Origin: Podarcis tiliguerta
Lineage: Eukaryota
Assembly: GCA_965153285.1 (NCBI GenBank)
Contig: OZ229116.1
Length of the DNA stretch: 64,000 nucleotides
Strand: one strand, 5' to 3'
Below, piece after piece: positions 12,075-25,490 of this stretch. Within the stretch, counting starts at the first letter, position 1. Each line of letters opens with the position of its first letter. The translations under genes and the position numbers were made by a program. The notes below the pieces were generated by a model. That model was not told where the DNA came from. It searched no databases and saw only the letters and a list, made by a program, of their open reading frames with translations.

Positions 12075-12672
12075 TGTTGTTGTTGTTGTTTATTGTACTT
12101 ATTAGTTGCTTATCTTTTGCAAATCAACCCAAAGTGATTTACAAAATAGAACAATGATTAAAACCAAAGCCGAATAAAAACCTAAACACGTATAAATGCA
12201 AGACACATTGAAAAGCCTCCAAATTAAGGAGGGGAGGGGAGAGAACCAGGGTAAAGAGAAATGTTTTTGTCTGGCACTTAAAAGTAGATAGTGGTGGTAT
12301 CAGGCGTATCTCCCAGGGGAGAGCACTCCAGGTGTTACTGGAATCAACTCCCATCATCTTTGACCGCTGGCCATCCTGGCTGGGGCTTCTGGGAGATAGA
12401 GTCCAGCAACTTTATCCTGCAAACTGTCCTGTGATCTTTGGATGAAAGGCAGTATATTAATTTAATAAATCATCATCGTCATAACAAGTGGGGAGCCACC
12501 ACTGAAAAGGCCTGTTCTTATGTCACCTTCCTCTGCATTTTCTTCGGAGGGGGTACACAGAAAGGGTGTTGGATGCCAAATGCAGGGTGTGGGTCAGTTC
12601 ATGTGGGGACAGGTGGCCCTTCAGCTATTGGGGTCCTGAGCCATATATGGGTCAAAACCAGCACTTTACATT
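12075..12672 (-). mobile_element. L2-clade LINE 3' fragments (interrupted)
   Basis: ORF 12139..12357(-) contains WSALPWEIRLIPPLSTFKCQTKTFLF. The segment GTCCTGAGCCA...GGTCAAAACCAGCACTTT matches the better-preserved L2 copy near 34.3 kb. Confidence 0.7.
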
Positions 12673-14369
12673 GAGCTTAAACTGTGCAATTGCTATTTTT
12701 AATCTTAATCACTCTGCATGTGCAATTTTTAATTCTTTCTATACATGCCATTTTTTTAATTGTTTTTACATATGCAGCTGTTCTATACAAGTTTTTATTA
12801 TATTGTAATACTATACTCCCCACAAGCCCTCTGCACATCAAAAGCCAAAGGATTTGTGAGGAAAGACTGTCCAGAAGAAACAAGAGACTCACAGTGCTTC
12901 TGACTTTCGGATAAAGCCCAGCATGACAAACCCCTCACTCCCAGTCCAGGACATGGAGAAAACTCAGGTGAGGACAGAGGGTCAGTGGCACATGAAAAAC
13001 AAACCAAAACGTGTAGACACCCGTTAAGGCACCCGAAAAGCGGCTCAGCTATTTTAGCATTTTAAGCACTGCCTCTTCACAATTAGTGGAACAATTTCAG
13101 TGTTTTTCTTCCAATGCCGTACATTTTATTGGCAGCGACAAAACTTTTAAATCTTATTGGAAATCAGAGAAAGGAGAAAGCACAGCAGGGGACCATTCCC
13201 TTAGGCTGATGATTTGAACACAATTTAGTTTACAGTTAACTCGCAGCATGGCTTCTGTAATGTCCTTTATCATCTATGAAGCTGTTCTCTCATTGCTCAT
13301 TATCATTATCCATAAAAAGACAAGAAAAGATGTTTTGATGCAAAACAGAATAAGAGTTATTTGCGCAAGGGCGAAAAAATCTCTTTGCAATCATCTGTAT
13401 TTTAAAAGATGGCTCCCTTTATGCCCGCAGAGGAAATCAGGTAGAGGAGGTAGCAACATGTATCCTAGTTGTGTATTGGTGTGGAAGGGAGGGGGACTAA
13501 TCATACTGAATGCTAGTTTATGCATTCCACTTTCTGCATGAGGAAGCTGTCTCAATCTTAGGCACACCTCTGGTCCATCTAGTGCATTATCTTTACACTA
13601 TTGTTACACTGACTGACAGCAGCTCTCCAGAGAAAGAAACTGAATCTGGAACCTTCTGCATGCAAATCAGACACACTACCACTGATCTACAATCCTACAT
13701 AGATCCACTAAGGTGGGGAATAGATAAGAGTGGGTGGGAAAAATAAAGAGAAAGTACGTGTGGTGTGTGAGTCTGCATGTGTGGAGGTTTTTCTGCTCAC
13801 CTCAATGGAATGAAAGTATTTCAGCAAACTCTGGTAAATCGTCTGCTGAAGTAGGCTGTTTCATAGGAAAGCATGATGAAACCTCATTCCTAAGCTGCTG
13901 CAGAATTATCCCTCAAACTCTGGCAATTCTGCTCCAAAGACCATTACGGACAGAGAGCTAAGCCTTTTTTTAAAAAAAATGTAGATATGGAGAGTCTGTT
14001 TTCTAGCAGGGTCTGTCCTCACAAGTCCTCTTTGAGGTCACTGAGTAGGTGGAGACCAAGCAGCCGTGCCAAGAGGACTGGTGGAGTCAGCAAACACAGC
14101 TATCGAGCAGACATTCGCCAAAAATTCCACAGGGGGAGAAAGAAAACAAGAAGTGCCAAAAGTGGTTTGCCTTCTACGGGCATCCAGTTGTTAGGTGTGT
14201 TTTCTTTAAATACAGTGGTGAAAACACACAGACACAAGGCACCAGGATAAATTATAAAAGCCAGAATGCCAGCCTGACGAACTGCATTGATGTGGCATCT
14301 TCTCTGGGTTCAGAGCTTGGCTTCGGCCTTCCTTGGCATTCCTCCTTTCCCCAGCACGAAATCAATTAC

Positions 14370-14407
14370 CTAAGGCAAGCCTCCGAATGATTTAGAAACT
14401 TGTGCAT
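14370..14407 (-). other. Candidate short coding first exon (MHKFLNHSEACL + AG, phase 2)
   Basis: Context AAAGCCATGC, donor TAG|gtaatt, a purine-rich leader, and a CpG-retaining, repeat-free upstream region (14410-14620). The peptide is not recognised. Confidence 0.3.
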
Positions 14408-15266
14408 GGCTTTAGGTTCTTCTCTCCTCCCTCCGCTCTCAATCTCAGTCTTTACAGAAGGGGGGTGGGGAGGAAAAGTAATATCCGGGCAACACCCCCT
14501 CCAAGTCACCCGTTTCAGTCTCTAGAGGGAAGTACTGATTAAGGGGAACACGTAACATTGCTGAGGTGTTCCTCCGGCTTTTTACAGGCTCGGCGGAATT
14601 ACTGTACTTGCCAATTGCTAGCTGCATTCTGCAGGATTGCTCATATACTCCAAGAGCTCACACATGTGCTGATTTTGTAGGATTTGGAGAGATTAGTAAC
14701 CTGTAACTGCCAACAGTTCATAGCTTGAGGCAAAAAATAGATAACCTCAACTAACCCCGAATCGAAATAAACGTTCCTTCCCTTCCCTCTTTCCTGTGGT
14801 GCAAGTAAAATGGCAGCAAGACATTTCTTTTATCAATACACTCACTTGAATACCGCCTGTTTCAGTATCTACTGCACACCTTAAGCTACTAAAACAAATA
14901 AATAAAATGACAGGGGGAGGAGGGCATAGAGTGATGAGGTTTAACTTTCAGGCTTTTACTAATGCATTATGCTTTGAGCTGGTACCTATCAAACAGACAC
15001 TCCGGGGCTTCAGAGCTGTTCTCATCAAAACACAAAATGGATAAACGATGGACTCAGAAACAATCAAGCACCCTTTACTTGCCTCGCAGATGGCTGAACC
15101 GAAAGGCTAAGCATGTAAATCAACATTCCTATTCCTCCTCACTCTCTGCACTTTAGTCGTAATCCTTTCACCTGGTGTAAACACACATGCTGTATTATTT
15201 GGACTAGAGACCACCCAGCAATAGCCTGCCATCTTTCATTATCTGCTGTAAGTGGGAGAGGGTGAT

Positions 15267-15268
<2 letters not shown>

Positions 15269-15304
<36 letters not shown>
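15269..15304. repeat. (AT)n microsatellite
   Basis: Read directly from the sequence. Confidence 0.95.
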
Positions 15305-15307
<3 letters not shown>

Positions 15308-15745
15308 TATGTTTGTGTGTGTGAGAGGCAAATCCTTTAACAGCATTCCACCTGGCATTTGTCCAAAAGTTCACCTATCAAATGTCATCATATAAGAGTA
15401 CCTGAAACTTCAGAAAATACTTCACAGCGTGAAAGCACAAAAGGACTGTCTTGTAAATACAAATATTAAACCCAACACCTCATCACTCTGCCCTCTCTGT
15501 CACCAAGCTGCCCTAACACATGTGCTGCCTGAGGTGGACAAGCAAAAGCTGCCCCACACTCCGTTGCTGCCCCCCAAGCTCTGGGCCCCACTTTGCCACC
15601 CACACTGCAATTTCCTCCTCCCCATTCACTGATGAACTTGGTCAGTTGTGTGAATTGTGTGGCTTTTAAAAATAGGAGTGGGAGCTTTTAAAGTGCTGTG
15701 TTGTGAACTGCCCTGAAATCTATGGGTATAGGGAGGGACAACATT

Positions 15746-15747
<2 letters not shown>

Positions 15748-15790
<43 letters not shown>
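15748..15790. repeat. (ATT)n microsatellite, probably the tail of an L2-type 3' end
   Basis: Direct reading. Preceded by TGTGAACTGCCCTGAAATCTATGGGTATAGGG, similar to L2/SINE 3' ends. Confidence 0.85.
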
Positions 15791-15793
<3 letters not shown>

Positions 15794-15977
15794 GTGGTGG
15801 TGGTGTTGGCAGGATTTGGTAAACTGGATATTGAATGGGTGCAAATGACTGGGGTTGACAAATAGTAGGCCTGTATTTCTATTTATCAAGCCAAAATATG
15901 GCAGACCCACTCTAGAAATATATACAAGTGATATCTATAGTTCAGCTATCCTCTTTACCACTGTACACACACACACA

Positions 15978-16209
15978 GAAGAAGAAGAAGAAGAGTTTGG
16001 ATTTGATATCCCGCCTTTCACTCCCTTTAAGGAGTCTCAAAGCAGCTAACATTCTCCTTCCCTTCCTCCCCCACAACAAACACTCTGTGAGGTGAGTGGG
16101 GCTGAGAGACTTCAGAGAAGTGTGACTAGCACAAGCAGCTGCATGTGGAGGAGCGGAGACGCGAACCCAGTTCCCCAGATTACGAGTCCACTGCTCCTAA
16201 CCACTACAC
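15978..16209 (-). mobile_element. Squam3-type (MIR/Ther1-related) tRNA SINE, small internal deletion
   Basis: Minus strand: tRNA-like head TGTAGTGGTTAGGAGCAGTGGACTCGTAATCTGGGGAACTGGGTTCGCGTCTCC ... GGGATATCAAATCCAAAC(TCT)n. Near-identical to three other copies in the window. Confidence 0.85.
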
Positions 16210-17349
16210 ACACACCCCAATTTCTCTGGTGACCAGTTTCTCCCCGTTTTTGCCAACCAAGTCTGCTAGGATACTGCATAAAAAGCTTTAATATATTCAG
16301 ATATTTTTTGAGTATTTTGTACAAGTACACCTTCCCTAAAGACAGCATCTAACCCACAAAACCAAAAAATGGTTGGAAATGAGAGCTTGAAGGTATCGGC
16401 TAATTTTGAATTACATTACATATTGTGACTTTACTTAATCTCTTTTCAAATCAAGTAATATTATAATTGCAATATCATTCCATTGTGTTTCATGTCTCCC
16501 AAACACCAAATTAGTGTGAATATTAAAACAAGCTGAAGCTTTATAGTTTAATTACTTTAAGTATATTTGCCGTGACTTGCTGCAAGTACTGGAAGGGTGG
16601 GGGCTTGGAGGTTTGGAGAATATGTAAGAGACTGACTTGCAGTCTCTAAGACAGAGCTTTTAACCAAAAATGACTCTTGAATTCTGACCTTTGGACTCCG
16701 TATTATGAAGAATAGTCTAAATTAGAATACTGCAGAACATTCCAGCTCTTCGTAAAGTGATGGCAAATCATTACAGCCCTTATTTTAAGATGATCAAACG
16801 AATCTTAATGAAACATGCTTGCGTTCTATGCTGTTAACAGCCACTTTGTATTCCTAGATCTACCTTAATGACAAATTTGGCACCGTTCCTCTAGGACTAA
16901 TCATACAGGCTGTCTGAAAACCTGCTTATGTATTTAATATTAACATTATTTTTAAAGCATTGTCTTTCATCATTTAACACCATTTCCAAATGCAAAGCCA
17001 ACTTCTTTGAGACTTTAAAACAGTCCAGGATGCAGCCAAGGAACAAGCCTTCAGCAGTATGGAGATAGTGTTGTATATGGCTCAGTTCCAAGCTTTACGG
17101 TGCCTAGATCACTGTGGTTTAATTTGTTAAGACTCATTATTTTTAAAAACTTTATTCTGGGAAGGCCTTGACAAAAATCCCTTATTATAGTTGGACTGTC
17201 CAAGGACTGGAGCTTTATTCTTGCCGAGTGTTTATTAAAAATGTAGACCGTGGTGCTCTGTAGACTTACCTTGGCATAAACCCCACTGAACTTAGTAGGA
17301 AGTTCACACACAAAAAATAGGATAAAAACATACAATGAACAACTGCATA

Positions 17350-17521
17350 CAGGCGGTGGCCATTTTGCACAGGGGTTCCATTCCTGGCCCCCACGCACCA
17401 GTAGTGCATACATAAAGCCCACCCCAATCCAACCCCCATTCTGCCCTCTTCCGGGTCCAAAAGGACTCAGGTTGTCAGTGGTTGCACATCAGCTAGATGC
17501 ACACAAAATGGCTGCCGCCTG
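17350..17521. mobile_element. Tc1/mariner-superfamily MITE
   Basis: TIRs CAGGCGGTGGCCATTTTG / CAAAATGGCTGCCGCCTG (16 of 18 matching, differences consistent with CpG decay), TA on both sides. Confidence 0.8.
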
Positions 17522-17771
17522 TATATAAAAACATCTAAGCATTTGCATACATAAAAATAACCTTACATGTTATTTATTACTATTCAATATCCATTCACAT
17601 AGGGGGCACAGGGCCACATGTACCACCACATGACCAGCTTACCTGTCCATCTCCAGCCTTCCCATTGTTCAACAAGGAAGGTTTGAAGAAGGCTTCTATC
17701 CATGTTTAAACTGAGGGAGGGGTACTGCTTTTGTTTGTTGCATTGTTATCATTTTTGTTTCTTTATATCGT

Positions 17772-17830
17772 AGGGGGTTGGACTCGATGGCCCTTGTGGT
17801 CTCTTCCAACTCTATGATTCTATGATTCTA
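17772..17830 (+). mobile_element. CR1-type 3' terminus
   Basis: GGGGGTTGGACTCGATGGCCCTTGTGGTCTCTTCCAACTCTATGATTCTATGATTCTA, with the (ATTCTATG)n octamer tail. Confidence 0.85.
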
Positions 17831-17866
17831 AATCACCCTGTGTTCCTTGGATGAAGATCGGCGTGG

Positions 17867-17869
17867 AAA

Positions 17870-17904
<35 letters not shown>

Positions 17905-17910
17905 GTAAAT
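17867..17910. repeat. (AAAT)n microsatellite
   Basis: Read directly from the sequence. Confidence 0.9.
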
Positions 17911-18236
17911 ATTGAAGGAGAGCCCCTTTCAGAGCTCCCCTGCTCAAAATACGAAGGTCAGGAACAGAGAGTGCAGAGCCAGCATACATGGGAACTTTTG
18001 TAGTGGTGGGAGAATGAACATGACCCCAACATCATCATGCTCAGTCAGAGCTATTGTCTATTTCTGGCATTTCTGACTTGGTCTTTTCTGCTCAAAATTT
18101 GCCTGTGCTTTTTTATTATTCTCCTTTTCATCTCACCTTCCTCCCATGGTGAAGACATGTCAAACTGGGCTACTTAAATCTTCCTAACTGCACAATCCTG
18201 TGTGCATCTACTCAGAAGCAAGCTCCACTGATTTTA

Positions 18237-18524
18237 GAAGAAGAAGAAGAAGAGGAGGAGGAGGAGGAGGAGGAGGAGGAGTTGTTTGGATTTGATATCC
18301 CGCCTTTCACTCCCTTTTTTAAGGAGTCTCAAAGCGGCTAAAATTCTCCTTTCCCTTCCTCCCCCCCAACAAACACTCTGTGAGGTGAGTGGGGCTGAGA
18401 GACTTCAGAGAAGTGTGACTGGCCCAAGGTCACCCAGCAGCTGTGTGTGGAGGAGCGGAGACGCGAACCCAGTTCCCCAGATTACGAGACTACTGCTCTT
18501 AACCATTACACCACCCTGGCTCTC
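18237..18524 (-). mobile_element. Squam3-type SINE, full length, compound (CCT)n(CTT)n tail
   Basis: Same family as 15978, 55314 and 57273. ATTTTA occurs near both ends (possible TSD). Confidence 0.88.
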
Positions 18525-20334
18525 AAATTTTAAAAGAACTTACAAGTTTAACATGGTTAGGACTACATCTTAAGCTTTTCCCACTGACCCCGCTTACTTC
18601 TCAGTGAATTCTTTGATCTTATCAAGACTGCGTTATTCTGATTTGTCCCTTGTGGGCTTCCCTTTATCTCACCTTAGGTCTTTCTTTTATCTTATTTCTT
18701 TCTGTCCATGAATTTGATCACATAACTCCATTACTCTTTTCTCTTCGTTAGTTACCTCATCCGTTCTTGCATTCAATTTGAAGTTCTGTTATTAGCATAC
18801 ACTTTTGGGTTCCTTTATATCTTTCTTCTTCCTTCCTTGATCTCTTTATTCTTCAAGTTCTGGCTCTCCAAACTACATATTTCTAACCTTTTATCTTGAC
18901 TGTGTACATTTTATTGGGGTTGGCTCCTTATATTTGGAATGAGTTACCCCCCCCCCCGAAATCTGGTTCGTTTAATCCCACTGCACCATTCAATAAATTC
19001 CTCAATGCCTATTTGACTTAAGAAAGCATTAGTAGTGCTCAGCCCCACTCCTAATGTTTTACTCGCATTTACTTGAACACAAATAAAGCCCTCCAATACT
19101 TTGGGGGCTTGTACGCACACCCTGTGTTACCAGACCTGCTTTTAAGCAAATGCCTGTACATAGTAAGCATCGACTTGAGAGCATCATCTCTCTTCTCCAT
19201 TTTCTTTCTTTATTTTGCCTGTCTCGTGACAGCATAAGACTGTGTCCTTTCAACATTTCTATATACAGTCTCTCCAAGTGGTTGCTGGGCTGTTGAAGGT
19301 GGGTGGAGTGACAATGATCAGGATCACAGTAGGTATGGAGGAAGAAATTAAGCTTTGGTTCCTTTGGTCCTCAGAAAAACCTCTGAAGATGGTATTCCCT
19401 TTGGGGGCCATGGGGGCGGAGAGAATCTCCCATGGGTGCTGAAATGGGTGGGAGGAACAGCTTTGAAAGACAGATTTTCCTCAGGACCACAGCAGGAAAC
19501 TCCCTCTTCATGTCTGCAGTGATCCCAATATTCTCCCCTCTCCCCCACCCTGGTCCTATTTACATTTTAAAAACAACAACCTGTAAGTTAAGCTGATCTC
19601 TGGGATAAGCATATCCTATTATGCAGTCTGAGCAGTCAGCTGAAATACTAAGGTTAGCCTTGTTTTTCTTTTTTCCAGAATACCACACACACAATACTTG
19701 AATTTTGATATGCTGACAAATTCTTTAAGTTATTCCATTTCCCTCCCCAAGCTAATATGCCAACTGGGTGGCCAGAGGGAAGGGAGCCAAGAATGGACAT
19801 TCTTGTAGATATTTGCTGCTTGCAGAGCAGTTCAATATCAGACGCCTGCTTCCTCAGCCGTGACTGCTTTCCATATTTTCTTTACATTTATTTCCCCCCT
19901 CCCCTACCCTGTGACAGGTTGATATATGAAAACCAACAGTGAGGCAGCAACACAAGGAACGGCGGCGGCGACATGAGCTCCAGGTGTTGGGGGAAGGGAA
20001 GGAGAAGCCTACAAAATGTCTCTGCTCCGATACATTATCACATTCCACAGAAATATTATGGTTCACGAGTCTCTTGTTTTCCAGCGTATTTTATACCACA
20101 TTACAAATGTACCACTTCATCTGGAAAAGAAATAAGGGCCTGCAAGGGCAAAATATGTGGGCCAGGGCCAGGATCGCTCTAAGGCAAACCATTACAGCAA
20201 AACAACCATTTAAGACGGGAAGTTTCATTCTCTCTGTATAGAATATTTATTTTTTTAAGCAAATTTCAGCTGAAAAAATCAGGGGGCAGGAGTGCCACAT
20301 GCCCATTTTTCTCAGCACAGGCTTCTTAAACCTG

Positions 20335-20730
20335 TGGTTATTTATTACATTTGTATACAGCCCATCCAGCCAAGTTCTCCAGGAGGTTTACATAAGCTTT
20401 GAAATATAATTCGCAATGAATCAGGAAAACCAAGATAAAATAAATCACAACAGCAAAAAGCCCGGGGGGGGGGGGGAATCATCTAAAAAGCTGCATAAAA
20501 CAGTGCATCTGAAATAGCCATTAAAATCAGAATAAAATCGCAGCAAGGGAAATAGGTGGCGGGGGGGTGGACCCTAAAAGTTCCTAATATAGATGATGAT
20601 TAAAAGGTCTGGGAGGAAAAGAAGGCTTGCACCTGGCACTTGAAAGACCATAATGTATGGACCAGGTGAGCCTCTTTTCAAGGAGTGCATTTTGTTAGTG
20701 TGGTGTTACTACCAAAAAGGCCCTTTCAGA
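20335..20730 (-). mobile_element. Decayed L2-type 3' end
   Basis: TTTATTACATTTGTATACAGCCC...TCCAGGAGGTTTACA at one end and AAGGTCTGGGAG...CCTGGCACTTGAAAGA...CCAGGTGAGCC at the other, similar to the 34-kb L2 copy. Confidence 0.55.
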
Positions 20731-23344
20731 ATTGTGTGTGAGAGTGTGTGTACACATAGTTATTTCACATACCCTGCTTCTTTGTTTAGGAGCTCAAGCA
20801 ACCTGCACATGGAATTCAAGTGGTCCACAATCAGGAAAGCTTACAAGACTAAACTGTGAGTTATCAGGAGTCTTGAAGGAGAGACTCTTGGCAGCAGATC
20901 TCAGATACCTTACCGTCTTATGCAGCTGAGGCAGGTCTGTGAAGAGAGCATGGCTTGCCTGAGGCAAACGAATGTGTGCTTGACAGGTAATATTCAAACT
21001 AGGTAAATCCCAATCTGCAGCTATAACAGCTCAAAATGATACTCAACATTGCACAAAGCTCTGTTCAGGGCAGTGCCTGCGCCAAAAATTTATCCTGCAT
21101 CCCTGCCCCCAACTATTCTCCATCAAAGGGGGGGGGGGTTGGCATGCAAAAATTACCAGAGAAAATTGTGGTGAAATTCTCATGGGTGTGTTATAGGATT
21201 TGTGCTGCGCTTACCTTACTTTTGAGGTAGTTGAAAGGTGGTTGTGAGTGTCCTTTTCTGTCATCTGCAAACCATCTCACTGTTGGTCTGCACTCCCTGG
21301 TGTCTAGCCTTCATTTAAAGGCCAGGGGAAGACATGAGGTAACTCTCCCCATCAACACCAACCCAGCAGCTCTTTCAAAGGAGGAAATATGGGCAGTCAG
21401 GGAAGCTACAGAACACAAGATAAATGGCTGCGGGAAAGAAAAACATGTATACCACCCCTGGCCACATTACAGTGATATCATGAGCTGAAAACTCTGCACC
21501 CACCAAAATCCTGAAGTGTGATAAGAATGAGGCAGAAAAAATAAAACCTTTCCCGCAGGAGGAGAAATATTTTGAGAAACTGGAAGACAGATTTCAGTAC
21601 AGCACTAATTCAGCATGCATTTTAAAATGTTAATTGCAAGCAGCCCCTTGGACCCCAGATGCTATTTGCAACGAAGCCCTGGAAAAGCTTCAATAGAAAT
21701 TGGACAATAGCAGGTAATACCATGCAGATCTGCTTATTTTCTTGCAGATTTGTATAATTATACCCACAGTGTTTTCCTAAAATAGGCATTATGGAACGGT
21801 TTGCCCACAATTTAGAAACATAATCAGCAAGTGGCCTCCCCATCGGAAGCGTGGCATACAGTACTTTAAATAGCCTCAAAACTGTCTGAGGCAGGTTATT
21901 TTTTTTTTGTCCCTGTGAATCTCAATACATGGTAGTGTGGAAGAAGCAGATGAAACACAACAGGATCCAACCAAGTGCCCGAAAACAACTGGTCACTACA
22001 GCAAACTACTGAGAATAGAACTGCAAAGCCAGGCAAGCCTGTTTGGTAACTAGAATGTAAGCTAAACTGTTGCTTGGGACATAAAGCTGCAAGTACACAA
22101 AAATCCCATCAAGGAGGAGTATGGATGTGAATTAGGAACAAGCGTTAAGAGAAGAAAATACAGGCATAAGGAGGACACAAGGCATCCTTGTCTTGCACCT
22201 AGTTATTAAATAGAAGCAGCATTTATCTTTTTAGTGACATAGTCACAATTCTTATTCAGTTTATATATATTTAGAACCTTTGCCCCAACTTTCCCCCCTA
22301 TTTCCCCAATCAAATATTATTTATTTGACAGAATATGTATGCCTCTAAGCAGTTTATTTATCATTATTTGCTCTATTTGCAAACTACCTTTCATCAATTA
22401 GAACCCAATACGATTTGCAACATATACATAAAACAATAAAATATAGCTACATTTAAACCATTTAAAAAACACTTAAACCATTTATTTATTTTTTTAAAAA
22501 GCAACATATCAAGACAGCAGACGGACCTCATTGATTACGACTGGCCTGACCAAATCATGCTCACTTTTACTCCTGCCTAAAAAACAAAGCTCTCTGTTCA
22601 CTGCTCTGCAACTTACTAGAATAATGCAGTAACTTGGAATATGACATTCTTTGCCTGTTGCTACAATAGGGCTTTGGCAACGGGTTTGGGTAGCCTGTAT
22701 AATTTGTGACAACAAAAATTTCACTATTTTCTATTTCTGTACAGGTGCTTCAAGCTGCAAACCCATTTTATTCAATATCTGGCTTTTTTGTAAATAAAAA
22801 CTTACACTGATTTTAGACTGGCATTTAGGTTTTTGATAATTGCGTCTATTGCAATGACTTCTGCAGCACACAACTGTTTCTAGGGAATATCCCCAAAGCA
22901 ATGGTTTTGTGACCATACACGAAGGATGCAGATTCAACATGTGAACAGACAGAACAAGCAAATCTGGCAAAAAGAGACAGAAGGGAAAGAGGAAAAGTGT
23001 TCCTCTTCCCCATGAGCCTTCTCAGAATGCAGGAAAGGAAATTCTGTCAGGCCAGGCAGGATTCAGGAAGGAAGGTAGAGGTGGCAGAATAGTGGCATCA
23101 CCAGTGGTGCCACTCTGCCAGAGAGTTGCTATTCCTCAAATTGTGTTGCTCAGCTCTTATAGACTGCTTTGGTGCATGTTCATAGATCCTGGGCAACACC
23201 TCAGGTTATAGCCCCTTGCCCAGGCAGTCAATTCAGCAGCTTTTGAAGTTCTCCTACGGACAACTACATTTCTCTTGAGCACCCTGCCCAGCTGGTTGGT
23301 TTGAGGACTCTCTCAATAAGGGTGCACAAAGACAGTATTTTGCA

Positions 23345-23376
<32 letters not shown>
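23345..23376. repeat. (ATT)n microsatellite
   Basis: Read directly from the sequence. Confidence 0.9.
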
Positions 23377-23377
<1 letters not shown>

Positions 23378-23432
23378 GTTCACTCACTCAACTAGTACAA
23401 AATTATGTCTTTTCCACCCAAGTTTTCAAGTA

Positions 23433-23674
23433 CAGTGGTGCCTCGGGTTAAGTACTTAATTCGTTCCGGAGGTCCGTTCTTAACGTGAAACTGTTCTTAA
23501 CCTGAAGCACCACTTTAGTTAATGGGGCCTCCCGCTGCTGCCGCACCGCCGGAGCACAATTTCTGTTCTCATCCTGAAGCAAAGTTCTTAACCCGAGGTA
23601 CTATTTCTGAGTTAGTGGAGTCTGTAACCTGAAGTGTATGTAACCTGAAGCGTATGTAACCCGAGGTACCACTG
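23433..23674. mobile_element. Tc1/mariner-pogo (Tigger-like) MITE, family A
   Basis: TIRs CAGTGGTGCCTCGGGTTA / TAACCCGAGGTACCACTG, TA on both sides, internal TAACCTGAAG repeats. Homologous to 35476 and 42456. Confidence 0.9.
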
Positions 23675-25490
23675 TATGGGCAGGTTTTTAATGCAGCATG
23701 CTTTTTAGCAAGTACTGTACCTTCCTGCTCTGCTGCACCACCCAAGGCCGGTTCGGGGTTGGTGAATGGTCACTCCACAGCCCAAATTTACAAGAAAATA
23801 TCCCGAGGGCCTCGGTAGCATAGAGCACACACAACTGTATTCGCCCAACTACCCCAAAGTTGGAGAGAGGATGCTTTAACTGTAATTGGCAATTTAAAAA
23901 TGTGCACACAAGAAACACAGAGAGAGAGCGCAAATCCACTGCTGGGCTATAGCTACACATGCCATGTGCAAAAATTACAATAAGCTACAGTATAAGGTGG
24001 CTTCCTTGGTTGCTATATTTGACCCAGCGTAGTGCTTAGGATACCATTAACACCACATCAAGAGAGAGGCCCCACCAATTTCTGTTTGTGCACTTGTGCA
24101 TGCAGGCCTCTATGTGTGCTTGTTAAACATACTAGCACACCACAAGTTCTCCTTGTAAATTTACCTTTCGGCTGAAGTATTTGAGAACTGTTACAGTTTT
24201 CCTGTAAAAATGTCATGGAGGCAGGAGCAGCACTAAGCCCAGGATTGGTGGCTTTCATAGTCCAATCCAGTGTTATATTTTTGCAGTTAAGGGATTTCAT
24301 GGATTTTTCACTTCACAGTTACTTCAACTTACTTTTAAAAAACAAAATGCACCTTCTTTTGTCCAGATCTTTAAAAACAAAAACAAAATAGGAAACTTAA
24401 TAGTTTTTTAAAAATCCGCACCACTTCTGAAGAAAATATTTCTAAGTGAATTTTACAGGTTTCTTACTATATATATAAATAAAACTAGAGACAGAAGAAA
24501 AAATGAGCTTTTGGTTTATTAGAAGGATGGCTACAATGCTAGTAATTGTTAACGGAAGAATATGAGGTGGTACAATTTGCAGCTAGGACTCACATGAAAG
24601 TAGGACTCACTTGAATGATTCTGGCAATCTTTTTTCAGAAAATAAAGCACTATAATTTGGAACAGGGAAGCAGCTGTTGGAGGCAACCTGCCTTGGTAAC
24701 TTTTTTGGTGAACACACTTTAAGAAAAAATCACTAGACATAGGAAGGAAGCAAATAAAAAGCCTTTGCTTTAAACTTAATTGACTACTCCACTGAAAAAA
24801 AACAGCCTACTTGCCTGTATTTTCCTTTGACTGCATTTTTACAGGAAATAGTGTCAACAATTCAAGTACTTCAACCAAAGGTAAAGTTACATCTGCTCCC
24901 AGAGACCTTGATGTGTGCCACTACATACACACATGCAGTGCTTTTTTTCTTTAAAAAAAAAAGGGTTTAGGGATACTCTCATTTTCCTACTCGTATTGAA
25001 ATACTACCCCTCAATGAGGCCAAACTTAAGATTCACAAAATGTTTAGTGGTATGTGTCCCCCCGGGGGGGGGGAAATCACTGCACACATGTACATGTAGA
25101 AGTAAGTGCATATATGGAACTATGTAAAGAAAAGACAGGAATATGTGCAAACATGGATCTTAAAAAGAGAAGCACAGATGTGAAAAAATGCCAAAGTATT
25201 ACCCCAGTCCTCCTTTCCCCTTCCCATCTCCCTCATACCATCTGCAAAAGCTCAAGTCTGCCCAAATTTGCAGCCGAAGTGACCTTGAGGCCCTGCATAG
25301 CTGCTTACTCAAACTGCACCTGCACAGGATTAAGTATCCTGTTTGTGAGTGATGGCTGCCCCCCCCCCTTCTCAGTCTGAAACAGTTTTCACAAGATGAA
25401 GCCGGGTGAGAGGGAGGCTCAGGGAGACCAGCGTCTTCCCTTCATGAAGAGAGCAGCCGCAATAATATTGATTTAGGTTGTTAACCTTAC

